A DNA stretch of 64,000 bases, from assembly GCF_902459465.1 (NCBI RefSeq), contig NC_047063.1:7812001-7876000 (forward strand), in the 5' to 3' direction. Each line of letters starts with the position of its first letter. Position 1 is the stretch's first letter. Positions 23,961 through 35,829 of the stretch are shown piece after piece. The position numbers and the translations under genes were made by a program. The notes under the pieces are model-generated. The model saw only the letters and a program-made list of their open reading frames with translations. It did not search any database and was not told the origin of the DNA. This stretch comes from Asterias rubens (taxonomy: Eukaryota).

Positions 23961-25276
23961 TGGAAGAAAGAGCAATGTTTTCGATTGAGTCAATACATTC
24001 ACATCACCTCATATCCAAGAAAAATATTGCATGGATAACATTTGTGATGAGGTCATGACAACAGTTGGTCACGTGATTCATCAATCAACCTAAAAAGTGT
24101 AGGTGTTGAAACCTGTAGGTGACAGGTTATGATATGCTGGGTGGGCTCATATACAAATACTTTGGCATGTTATTTTTTGGTTCATTATTCACTCAAGCCC
24201 TTTTCACACGCCAACAATTTAACATGAAGCCCTTGCTTATTTTAGCATGGTTTTGCGAAATTATACACAAAACACCTCGTGTGAAAGGAAAACAATGTGT
24301 TCATAAAAAGACAGCAAATTTGAGAAGATTTTACAAGGGACATTGGACAGTCCAAAGATTGCTGTCCTTAAACACGAAGTGCAATTTGTCAAGTTTCACA
24401 ATCATGCTCAAATTAAAGCAAGTGAGCTCTGCTAAACTGCTGTCGTGTGAAGAGACGCTTTAATATCTGCGGGATGAGAGCAACACATATCACTACTGGA
24501 GCATCCATAAAATGAAGCAATTTTTTCCTAACACAATACTAGATTTATAACTGATGGAACGCGAGTAAATGTCATCCATGCAGTATATACAATAAAAAGC
24601 CCTTATCCCAAAATGAACATCTAAACACCCTGATTACATCTCATATTGATCAGTGACGTCACACTGCTCCGCGCACCCTTCGATTTTTGTCCTCATTACC
24701 AGAGGGTATCGGCATGAAAATTACTATTTTGGAACAGCTTCATTTGACACACATGCCCTCTGGAGATCCAAGAGCAGGTGTGTTTTGTATACTATGTATG
24801 GGAGCTATTTGCTTTAGTAAGATACAAGGAGACTATAATGTGAAGAGTTGATAATTCACGGCCTCTAGGCCCGCTGCCAATTAGGTTAATAAAGGTCTTC
24901 AATCTATCTATGGAGAAATTGCCTCTTGAAATATGCAAAAATAGCATCAAGAGAAAGTATGACTGTGGACACATAAGCATAATGAAAGCTTTCTGTGTCA
25001 CAGTCAATTATATGGGAAGTATAGATTTATAGAATTCTGTGAATTTCTGCAGTCATGTTCAATGTACAGATTTATACTTCATTGGTGTCTCTCTTTTTTC
25101 GTTTAATGCAAGTTTGCCCCAAATTAAGGCTAAACAAAACACTATTAAAAAGGTTTTACAAGAAGAAAATATTTATGAAGAAAAACACTCGGGGGATCTG
25201 AATGTATGAATTGATATTTCTCTTAAAACAATCTGGATTGTAGGATGGAGAAAAACATGCACTAGGCATGGGAGTG

Positions 25277-25464
25277 GAAAGGCCTGAAGTCTTTTATTTG
25301 AGCGGGAAATTACATCTTTCTCGAAAACTACGTTACTTCAGCAGAGGGAACCGTTTCTCACAGTGTTTTATAATATCAAAAGCTCTCCCCATTGCTCGTT
25401 ACCAAATAAGGTTTTATGCTAACAATTATTTTGAGTAAACTACCAAAAGTACCAGTGCCTTTAA
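25277..25464 (+). mobile_element. MITE family 1, 3' half (similar fragments at 43283-43392, 52880-53186, 53410-53463)
   Basis: Internal sequence and right TIR ending in CCTTTAA. Confidence 0.8.
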
Positions 25465-26689
25465 CGTCTATTTATATGCATTTCCAAATACAATTTGTAA
25501 AAGTTCTCAATAAAAGTCAACAAAGAGACACAACAAAAATCACAGCCAGCCAATGAAGTGAAATGAAAATGAAATTGAAAGTCAACCAGCTGTGTCCAAA
25601 GTTTTTCCGGGTTTTTATCTTTCCCCGTTACAGTTTTTAGGTCTACATGTTCAGTTTTTCTATTCCAAAGGCAATCTCTTTTTTTTCCTCTTTGGTTATT
25701 TTCTGATCCCATGATCGCAATTATGTCTCTTCCTTACCCATCAAGAATAATTCCAATCTTCCCACACATCAATGCCAAGTCGCCCTCCTCCAAGGACCTT
25801 GCAATATCAATGCAATTCAGATGTTCAATATGCTGTCAACGATGTTATTACTGATGCCCGAATTACGAATTAAGCTTGGACAAACAGTATTCAGATCAAC
25901 CAGCTACAGCTATAGTAGTCCGTATAAATTATTTGACAGGGAGGTTTTTGGCCCCAAGAAAAGACAACTTGGAAATCCCTTTGAGAGTCTCTGTTGAATT
26001 CTCCCCTTTTTTCTCCTCCTGTTTTTCATCAAACAAGAAGAAGATGCATGAGAAGAAGATGCATCGTTCTTCTGGCGTCTACCTCGACCTCCTCTTTTTC
26101 ACCATGGGACTCGTCTCTCAAAACATTCCCATTTGTCCAGGGGTCAAACTGAGACAGGTTTTTGTTGGTTGGAGAGGACAGCCTGTGGGATCATTATTCC
26201 TGGATGTTTCGAATACTCACTCGATGCCTGTTTATGTCACTGTCGTGTGATGGTATATATAGCTGCAGGAGAAGCGATTCAGTTAAAATACGTAATTTCA
26301 CAGGCGCCATGCTCGTACGAACACAAACAATCCAATAATTTCTGACGGAGCTACATGAAACTCAGCGAATCAAAAGGTGAAGAGAGATTTGTGTCAAGAT
26401 ATGTGCAACATTTCAAGCAGGACATTTTGGGATGAGATTGAAAAAATATGCAAGCTGGACCTTCTCAGATGGAAATATTTTCCATCTAACTCATACATGA
26501 CTGTGACAAGCATTGACAAGCAATGTATAGACACTTAAAGGCACTGTCATCGACTTCACCAAACTCTTCCTAACTTGGGATTAATCTTAGGACTTAAGAC
26601 GAGTTAAGTTCCATATCCATAGACGTAGGACACATTGAAACTCACCTAACTCGAGATAGGATTAATCCTTTGCCACCCACTTCATGGAC

Positions 26690-26915
26690 CCCTGTTCGAA
26701 ATCAACATGGGGCACTATGTGGATTGGGTTTTAAGATCCTACCTTATTACTGCGTGGTTTTTCCCAAGAATAATTCTCTGGGGTTTTCCTCCCACACTGA
26801 GGCTTCTTTCTTTGTATTTCTCTCCACGGGGTTCTTGGCGTGATAAGTTTGCTTTACTAAGTCCAGTCGTTGGCTTCACAACCAAAATTAATCAATGAAA
26901 TGAAATGAAATGAAA
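26690..26915 (+). mobile_element. V-domain-like SINE with (TGAAA)n tail (other copies 7272-7393 minus, 29392-29500 plus)
   Basis: GTTCGAA B box, TGGATTGGGTTTT..CTGCGTGG(G)TTTTCCC..GGGGTTTTCCTCCCAC core, and a tandem tail. Confidence 0.7.
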
Positions 26916-27872
26916 ACGAGGATATTAAGGGGGTACTCATGTACATTCCACAGTCTACCCAATTGTCCTTATGATATCAAGAGTTCTCAGTAAAAATTGG
27001 ATGAGGTTTTTAGTGCCATCCCTTAGGGGCGTATGAAAGCGCTCAGCAAGGTCTAATGTCCTGCAAGGTATAATGTGGAGCTACGTGTTGAAGTATGAGA
27101 CACCCTTTACTGCACCATGTAATGGTTTACAATGCATCGTGTAATGGTTTACAAGATGCTGTGGGGCAATATGCTGCCAATCAAACCAGGAACACCGGGG
27201 AGAACCCTTTCTCTTTTCAAAAAGTGCACTGGGTTATTTTAGGTGCGATACACAACACACGGGACCAACGGCTTTACGTTCCATCTGAATGATAAAAACG
27301 TCATGGTAGAGTGATCAACACAAGGGTTTGGTGCTCTTATATCCACGACACGCAACAACAGACAATTCTATAAAAAAAAATGTAAACAAAGTGTGTAGCG
27401 GGCCTGATCACTTCATTAATAGACCTCTTTTCGAAAACGATTTGTAGGCAAACGTTTCATGTCAATGGACTTCGAGTTAAACGACCAAAGGTTCATCATT
27501 CTTTATGTCTTCGTGTTTGGATGATAATCCAATCTGTCTTGATAGGAAGGGATACCAAGAACTCAAGTCTACATCAGACAGCTTATCAAACATCCCGCTG
27601 TCTCTGTTTTCATTTTTTAAATCAATTTGGATTTCATCCGAGTCGGGTTCCATTTTATTAAAGAGTGTACTTTTTTTAGAACAAATTAGTCTTCCAGGGG
27701 AAGCTGGATATTATTTGGCGGTATGATGTCACTGAGTCATTTCGGAGTTAAAGGGTGATGTTCACTCTGAAATCGTCGGGGTTACTAGGGAAACAGGGTT
27801 ACCCGTTTTACAGTCCGTGGGCATCATCCAGAATACATTATACTTTCCCAACATTTAACGAAGCAATTATGG

Positions 27873-28266
27873 TTAAAGACACTGGACACTATTGGTAATT
27901 GTCAAAGACTAGTCTTCACTGTTGGTGTATCTCAATATATGAATAGAATAACAAACCTGTGAAAATTTGAGCTCAATCGGTCGTCGAAGTTGCGAGATAT
28001 TAATGAAAGAAAAAACACCCTTGTCGCACCATGGTCACACGAAGTTGTGTGCTTTATGTTTGATTTCGAGACCTCAAATTCTAAATCTGAGCTCGAAGTC
28101 AAGTTCGTGGAAAATTACTTCTTTCTCGAAAACTACGTCACTTCATCAGAGGGAGCTGTTTTTCACAATGTTTTATACTATCAACCTCTCCCCAATACTC
28201 GTAATCAAGAAAGGTTTTATGATAATAACTGTTTTAGTAATTACCAATAGTGTCCACTGCGTTTAA
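27873..28266 (+). mobile_element. MITE family 1, full copy (subtype A)
   Basis: TTAA ends and TIRs. Confidence 0.9.
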
Positions 28267-28321
28267 GTGCCTTGCTTAAGGGTACGAGTGTCCTTGTCAG
28301 GGCCCGATTTTATAGAGCTAC

Positions 28322-28686
28322 TTAAAGACACTGTCAAAGACCAGTGTTCTCACTTGGTGTATCTCAACATATGCATACAATAACAAACCTGTGAAAATTT
28401 GAGCTTGATTGGTCGGCGGAGTTGCGAGATAACTATGAAAGAAAAAAACATGTCACACGAAGTTGTGTGCTTTCAGATGCTTGATTTCGAGACCTCAAAC
28501 TCTAAACTTGACGTCTTGAAATCAAATTCGTGGAAAATACTTCTTTCTTGAAAAATACGTCACTTCAGAGGGAGCCGTTTCTCACAATGTTTTATACTAT
28601 CAACCTCTCCCCATTACTCGTTACCATGTGAGGTTCTATGCTGATAAATATTTTGAGTAATTACCACTTGTGTCCACTGCCTTTAA
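28322..28686 (+). mobile_element. MITE family 1 copy, left TIR partly deleted, nested in another MITE
   Basis: TTAA ends. The flanks rejoin as GGGCCCGATTTTATAGAGCTAC-TTAA-GCAGAAAA. Confidence 0.88.
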
Positions 28687-28995
28687 GCAGAAAAAGTAGC
28701 TATAATATAATAATTCGGGTGCGTGATGTGAGTACAGTACCACCAAAAGCACAACAAAATTGTGCTTACCAGAATACAGTTACCAGACAAAATACCATGT
28801 CACATTGTACACTTTATGACTGGTATCGTGCTCATTATCTGCCACTATTTTCTGCACATGAAATGTGGACCTGAGCTTATATAGGACCGCAATTTCATGC
28901 CGCAATTCGAACAGAAGAAAGGCAAGATAACTTCTATTATAGAGATTTATGAAGTACATATTTGAAACTGCTAAAAAATGAAATGTTGACATTAC

Positions 28996-29200
28996 CAAAA
29001 GATCCTCGCCTCAGCCTGTGTTGAGTTTCCTCAGCCTCGTGCTTTGTTATGAAGGAATACTCCATACTGAAGACGCCATACCCATAGTGTCTGTGGTTGC
29101 CAATCATGTGATATTCCAATCTCAGCTGATTGGTCGTTGATAAGTGAGGATCTGGTCGTTTGAAATTGCAGTATTTTGAGGATTTCTTACCCTCAATAAT
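28996..29200 (-). CDS. Exon of CUB-domain protein (C-terminal half of CUB-A plus linker)
   Basis: Acceptor ttcattcttattattcag, donor TTTG|gtaatg. 205 nt, phase 0 to 1, IIEGKKSSKYCNFKRPDPHLSTTNQLRLEY...GVFSMEYSFITKHEAEETQHRLRRGSF. Joins in frame to the 34618 exon. Confidence 0.88.
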
Positions 29201-32200
29201 CTGAATAATAAGAATGAAAAATATCTTAATGGAAATTTGAATAATGTTAATCATTCTTATTTAACAAGGAATCGGGTACAAAGTTATAATGGTTCTCATG
29301 AAATTGATAGATTTAGTTGAGATTGATATAATGTAGAATAAACATTTTGGGGACAAAAGTAAACCTTTGGGAATTGACGAGACCAATATGGGTGGTCGGG
29401 ATGGCGATGTGGCATAATTTCCTCTATAAGCACTCGGTTCGAATCCCACCGGGGCACTACGTGAACAGTCCATACCTTCCTGCGTGGGTTCGCTGTTCTG
29501 ATGGTCCTTGGCTTTACAATCAGAAATATAATAAATGGAATGGAATGACCGAACTCGAACCTTGATACTTTTTTTTAAAGTTACAATTACTTTAAAGATT
29601 TCTCCCGAACAGTGAGAAACTACTTCAAAACCTCATGTGCTGTTGGTTTTATGTAGTTATTGCATACAGATACATCAGATTGAGCATTTCAGACACGGAG
29701 TCTGGGGGATTTCAAAGACTCACATCTAAAGTGTGTTAAACATCATTGCCTCTGTTTACTCAACTACTCCTGCTAAACATGAACCTTAAAACTGCAGTGG
29801 CGTAATCAGAGGCTAGGAAGGCACCCATCCCACCCTGCTCACACCCCCCCCCCACCCCACCAATCACCCTTCCTCAAACTATCGATTCTAAGCAGGAATG
29901 AACAGAACATTAGAAAGAACGTATACGGTCAGGTTGAGTATACATGTACATTGCTAACACACATCGAATGAAAGATATTCATACATTAAGTGTCACCACC
30001 TGCACTTCTGCACAATATTGGATGTAGTCCTAAATATTTGAAGATGTATGGGGTATAGACAGAGTGTAATGTCGAGTTAAGTATGGTGGGCCTACTGTAA
30101 CGTCCCCTGTCACCACAAAATAACACCCATCGTGTAGCAAGGCCTGCATTGACCATCGGTACAGCCCGCAAACCACCATTCATATTTGAAGACGGCCCCC
30201 CTAGCGAGGCCCATGCCAGTTTGCTGGAGAATAAACACAAAGCAGAAATATCATCGGCAGTTTCCAAAAATTCCATCCCGGTTGTTTTCAGAGCAACAAA
30301 TCTCCCTCAAAATTAAATTTGGAAACGGCGTGTTGGTTTTGATCACACATTCGTTGTAAGCAAAATATTACAAGATGGGCTCCAGGGCCAAATTCAGTTT
30401 CTTGATGCACTTTTTCTTGAATGTTCAAGATACAGTGAGGTTAGAGACTTGTAATGTCCTCCCCATTTTCATACGGACTCTACATACTGGATAATGAGTG
30501 GAACACAAAACTGAGTTTGACATTGGAGCTCATTTTGAATGTCGGCGCACTGCCAATGATGAAGGGTATCAAACACAGTGGCATTTGACACCATTTTAAC
30601 GTGAGGTTGGAGACTTCTTTCCTCATAATTCATTAGGACTCCACAAATTTGAGCGCAAAAGATTTTGAACTGGCAGCCCCTCAGAAAACATGGTTTGTCA
30701 GCAAATTGCACTTCGATGAAGCACATTCCCACTTGTAATGATTCAGATCACTCACCATCAGACGAAAAAAAATAGTCACCGTTAGAGGTTGGTTTAATTT
30801 GCTCTGCATAGAAAGATCAACAGAGAGACGGTACTGTTGAAATTGACATTGGATCAAGGCCCTCTCAAAACTTGGTTAGTACAATAATGAAGAACATTCA
30901 ATCGTAATGATTCACGGATCGCTCATCGTCATCAGAAGAAAAAAGTCACCGCCTGAGTTTGGTTTAGTTTGCTCTGCCGAGAAAGATCAACATCGAAGAG
31001 AGGCATCCCTGTTGATGCCTGATTGATGAGCTCATTAATTCAATTAATCAAGGAACGGCATCATGTACACAGTTGCCAGAAAACGTGAAGGGTGGACGGG
31101 TGGGTATAGGCTTGCGTGGGTTCTTAGGGAAAACCTGGACAGTATAATAGTGGCTTCTTATAATAGCGCGCGAATCCGTCACTCGGTGACGCTCAAGGCG
31201 CTTTAACATACAGTATTTGAAGCCTGCAAGGTATGTGGGACTATAGTTGTTTACAAGATGCTGTGGCGCAAGTTGCTGCCAATCCAACAAGGAACATCGG
31301 AGTGAACCCCTTCTCTTTTCGATAAGTGCATAGGCCTACTGGGTTCTTTTACACCAACGGCTTTACGTCCCATCCGAAGGATGAAGCAGCAGTGACATCA
31401 TTGACACACTTGGGCGCACGAGAAATTTTCAATATTATCATAATTTTATATATAATGCCGCTTTGTACAATACAAAACATAAGACATATCAAAGTAGTTG
31501 ACTAGTTATTGAGATACAACACAGAACCGTATAGTTGACACTGAATCATGGATAATGGTTCAGTAGTGCGAGAGGGCGCTCTTTCAGTTGACTGGCCCGA
31601 GGGATTGTGAAGTAAGATTTACGCTGCAGATAAACTTACTTGTCTTCTGCAACGTTCACACAGAAGCTAATAAACGTTTACATTGTCGATAAACAAACCG
31701 AGCTGGTTGACATTGACGGCCAAGTGTTAGTAAAACACTGAATCGTGTACAAAGATGTTTTAAAACCAAAATATATTATGCACATTTTCAATTAAATAAA
31801 ATACCTCCCATGATTGGTTTATTGTTTCCAACCAATCCAACCCAAAACGCGTGTTACATTGTTACGTTACAAACAGTAGCTATCCGTTTTTGATTTGATG
31901 GCTTTCCATAGTTTTCCAACCTAGGTTGGCAAACACTCGGGCTATGACGTTGCGATGTCTTCTGCAATATGTCACACATCGGCAATTTTTACCGATCACT
32001 TATTGACAAAAGTACGGTGGCCTCACGGCAAAGAATATATAACAATATTTATCATATTCCTCAAAAAATTGAATTTGTTATCACAAAGGGCAGTTTCTGC
32101 CAATCTAGTTATACATTTTGTGCCACTCAAGGCCATCCATACAAAATTGCCACCAGAATTGGTTAAAAAAGGGAGGGTTTATATATGTTGGGATATGGTG

Positions 32201-33057
32201 AATAAGACAGCAATGCGTTCGCTCATGTTTGATTTGATAAAGTATGCACAACCACAACCAATTAAATGCCTGTTCATTGATCAGATGACTCATGACATCA
32301 CGCTCTCAAAATGGCCGCCTGCGTGTAAACACTAAACAGGTTGGTGGGACACTTTGTTTGTACACACCGTTGCGGTCAAGGCCAGTGTGTGATAACAATC
32401 TTGTCACGCTGTAAGACACCTTGCATTGGCAGCCATCTTTGATGTCAAACAAAATTGAAACTCGACGCACTGCGCACGGCTCTCAGCCAATGATGTACCT
32501 TCGTTGACCTAAGTGAGAAGGGGACTGTTTGTGACTTGTGACGTCATATTCATCAAACACGGAGAGAATCGGTGCGTTTAACCCCTAACCCGCTTACGAT
32601 TTTGATTCCTGCAACCTGACTTTTGCCTTTTACGTATATTACGGAGTCAACGGTGAACACTCTAAGGTTACTGAATCTTTTAAAAGGAGTGTCTACCTTT
32701 GGCATATACCCACAGCTTTCTAAAGTACAAAGCGTTTTCAGGATCATTTAACTTCAAAGTAATGTAGATATTTGAAATTCGTATCATAGTGTTTATCACC
32801 CACAAATCCGGGAAACGTTACTGTCAGACGTTTCCCAGATTGCGTCTTCCAATACGGTTTATTATTCCTGCGGATACATATAGCCGCTCCGGATTTGGTA
32901 CCAAACACCAAAAATACTCCCCCTTTACGAAAACTGTGATGCATATAAAAGTAGTTTTTATATTAAACATCAACCGCACTGCCTTTATCACTTATAGCAT
33001 ACGGAAAGTTTTCTCATTATATAAGTAAGGTCAATTTATTTCCACTACAGGGCATAT

Positions 33058-33261
33058 TTAAAGGGTCTATGTTCTTGTATTTTAGCATGTAAAAATGTTT
33101 TTTCATGACATTGTTTCACTTATTTCTCAAAAACTACAACACCTCAGCAACTAATAATTTAAGGATAAGCTTTCTACTATCATTATCTTCAAACGGTGTA
33201 AGTTTAATGAAAATCTGTGGACATTGTGTTTTGTGTTAGAAAAAGTACCCAAATCGTTTAA
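33058..33261. mobile_element. MITE family 2 (TTAA-AGGG...GTACCC ends). Other copies at 12406-12644, 42349-42545, 55963-56110
   Basis: Shared sequence GGGTACTTTTT...CACAAAACACAATGTCCACAGATTT and AAAAACTACA(G/A)CACCTC. TTAA ends. The copy at 12406 is an almost fully fold-back version. Confidence 0.75.
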
Positions 33262-34343
33262 GAAGACCGAGCAACAGAAGCGATATCACAAAAGGTGACT
33301 GCGAGGGCACACAGTATAGGGTACATGAATCATCTTAGCCGTATAATCACCAACCAAGCGATAGATCATCTCGTTAAAAGTCACTGCATCAAATCTAGCG
33401 TATAGAACTTCCCCTTGTATCCCTCAGTGACTACTGTCACTGGTCCATTTAGCTAACTGTCAAAGCCATGACTGCCACCAATCTATTACAACGTCGAGGT
33501 TAATGGATGATCAACATTTCTATTTCTTGCTGGATGAGGGAAGGACAAAAGACACATGTAGAGAAAGAGAGTGGTTTGACGGTGAAGGCTAATAGACTGG
33601 AGATGGTAAAATGTTAAATTTATACACAACCAACATTATGAATTCGTTTCTCTTTGTTGTGTTAGACACTGACGATAAATTGACCTGCAAGTTATGAGTC
33701 ATGCTATATTTTTTAGGATTCAAATATTGTTTAGACCATTTCATAAACTATTTTGTTATTGATACGGCAACGGGAATCATTTCAAATAGGGCCCATTCAC
33801 CGAGCTGCTTAATTCCTAGCAAAAATGAGTAAGATACCAGTCAAAATGTTGCCCATAAACTTAATGGTCACATCAACAAACCCAAATCGATCTCCTAAAA
33901 TGCCCCACATCATTTTAAGAGCAGTCAAAGTGACATTAACGCCACAATTCAATTCAAGTCAACTGTCATTTCACATTATAACTACAGAATATTACGGCGA
34001 AATGATAAGCACAATAGATTGAGGGGAAAGAGTTGACCTAAATAACCATAAAGAGAGTATGAGGCTGTCGAGTAAGTCAAGCCTTGTTGTAGAAGACAGG
34101 CTAGACCGATAATTTACCCCCAAAAACGTAAAGAGACAACACGAAACAAAAACGTAACGCACGTAACGCAAAACGAATCCCCCCAAAACACAAAATAACC
34201 AGACTGTAGCTGCAATAAAATAAACAGGGCTACAAAATAAACGGCTGAGCTGGACTGACTGAAGAGAACGATGCCACAAGATAAATATATACACTAAGAC
34301 ATTGGCACGTAGTCTCCTGTTCGAGACACTACTAGTTTATGAC

Positions 34344-34592
34344 AATGGTGTACTTTTGGGACGCTAGGTGGCAGCAGACTCATCAGGTAAACCCGTTGTT
34401 CTAGGTATTATGAGCTAGCTCAGAACTGCATAAACAATATTGAAAGTTACCTGGCAAGTATACTTCTTCTACTCGTGTGGATACTGCTCAAATGCTATCC
34501 CTCCCGCCCAGTAGATGGCACATAGGGAGTTTTTGGTAGCTTAGCCAGGTCATGGTAAGTCTGCTGCCACCTAGCGTTCAAAAGTCGCCATT
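34344..34592. mobile_element. MITE family 4 with ~37-bp TIRs
   Basis: AATGGTGTACTTTTGGGACGCTAGGTGGCAGCAGACT and its near reverse complement AGTCTGCTGCCACCTAGCGTTCAAAAGTCGCCATT. Confidence 0.75.
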
Positions 34593-34617
34593 TTAAAGAT
34601 ACAAAAAAGTGACTCAC

Positions 34618-34850
34618 CTTTAAATAGATTTGTTCTTCGTTGCAATAATTGACGGATTTATTAATGGAGTCTAGGAAGAAATCACCGAACACCAGCTTGA
34701 TTCGACCGTCGATGTTGAAGTTCTCAAATTCGTAAAAATATATGTGTGAGCTTGACGTCTTGTGCGGGAGGGGAAAACCCGGGGAGGTGACGACACCATG
34801 GGATGACCACGTGCTGTTCCCTTGGATATAGTCGAAGAAATACTTATAAT
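34618..34850 (-). CDS. Exon of CUB-domain protein (N-terminal half of CUB-A)
   Basis: Acceptor tttttctaactgcag, donor AAG|gtgagt. 233 nt, phase 1 to 0, open frame (D)YKYFFDYIQGNSTWSSHGVVTSPGFPLPHK...GRIKLVFGDFFLDSINKSVNYCNEEQIYLK, with CUB-like GxxTSPGFP and IKLxFxDF motifs. Confidence 0.88.
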
Positions 34851-35829
34851 CTGCAGTTAGAAAAATGAAAAATAGAAAGGAGAAACGTTTATAGATGGCA
34901 TTTTCACCTCAACTATTCCATCACAACTAAACTAAACAAAAATGTCTGTGATTTTTTTTCGCAGAGCTTGGGAAAGTACTGAGGATCTTTTAACTTATGT
35001 AAATTTAAACAATCGAACAGCTCCAAAAACAAAGGTATACGTTGCCTTTAATGCACCTTCGTTTTAGCTACAAGTACAAGTACAAAACATTATTCAACTC
35101 AATCATTAAATAAAGTCCATCCAAGTGTTCGGCAGTGCTAATTTGTCCGTGATGGGGTGTTCTGCAGTGGAGAGCAAAAACGGAGCGGGCTTTGAATTAT
35201 CAACACACGATAACAGGATTATGTTGAAATCCCTTTTAGCTACAACTTTAACAAACCGGTAACTGCGGACGAGAGATTGAGGCTGAGGCTTTTTCCAATT
35301 AAGGCCAGAAAAGTGACACATTTAATTCTCAAATAAAAAAATAAAAATTCTAAAAGAATCTCGCTTGGGGCTAAATCGCTGTGATTAGCTCAGTTAATCA
35401 ATTGTATTCTAAATAAACCTCCGGGTAGTGGGGATCGGTTTCAAACGAACCAGTTGTTAAGATTTGACAGTGCTTCAAGACATGGCCTGAAGACTTCTTG
35501 AGTTGATTGAGAAAGAGTGGGACATTTTTCTAGACACTCTTGGGTGTTTGGACACATTTTTCCGGCTTCAGTCTGGCTATAATTGCTTTATCGAGAAGCT
35601 AGACTTGTGTGGTTTTAATTTTCTGGTTATTTTTTGTTCTATCATATCACACCGGTGTGGTTTATTCACACCGTTTTGTTAATCAGACAAAGGGTGAATT
35701 CCCACCTTCATCATCCACACTTTTAATCAAATGTTATCAAAAACAGCCTGAGCACATCTTGAAGAACTTCTAAGATGTTTTTATGTCTATGATATTCATA
35801 TTCTAAACCAGAGAGACCTGTACAAGATA

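Noticed and set aside
25540-26250. Possible RTE-X-type 3' remnants (KRGGRGRR motif on the minus strand)
   Set aside because: Only one short motif, too degraded to call.
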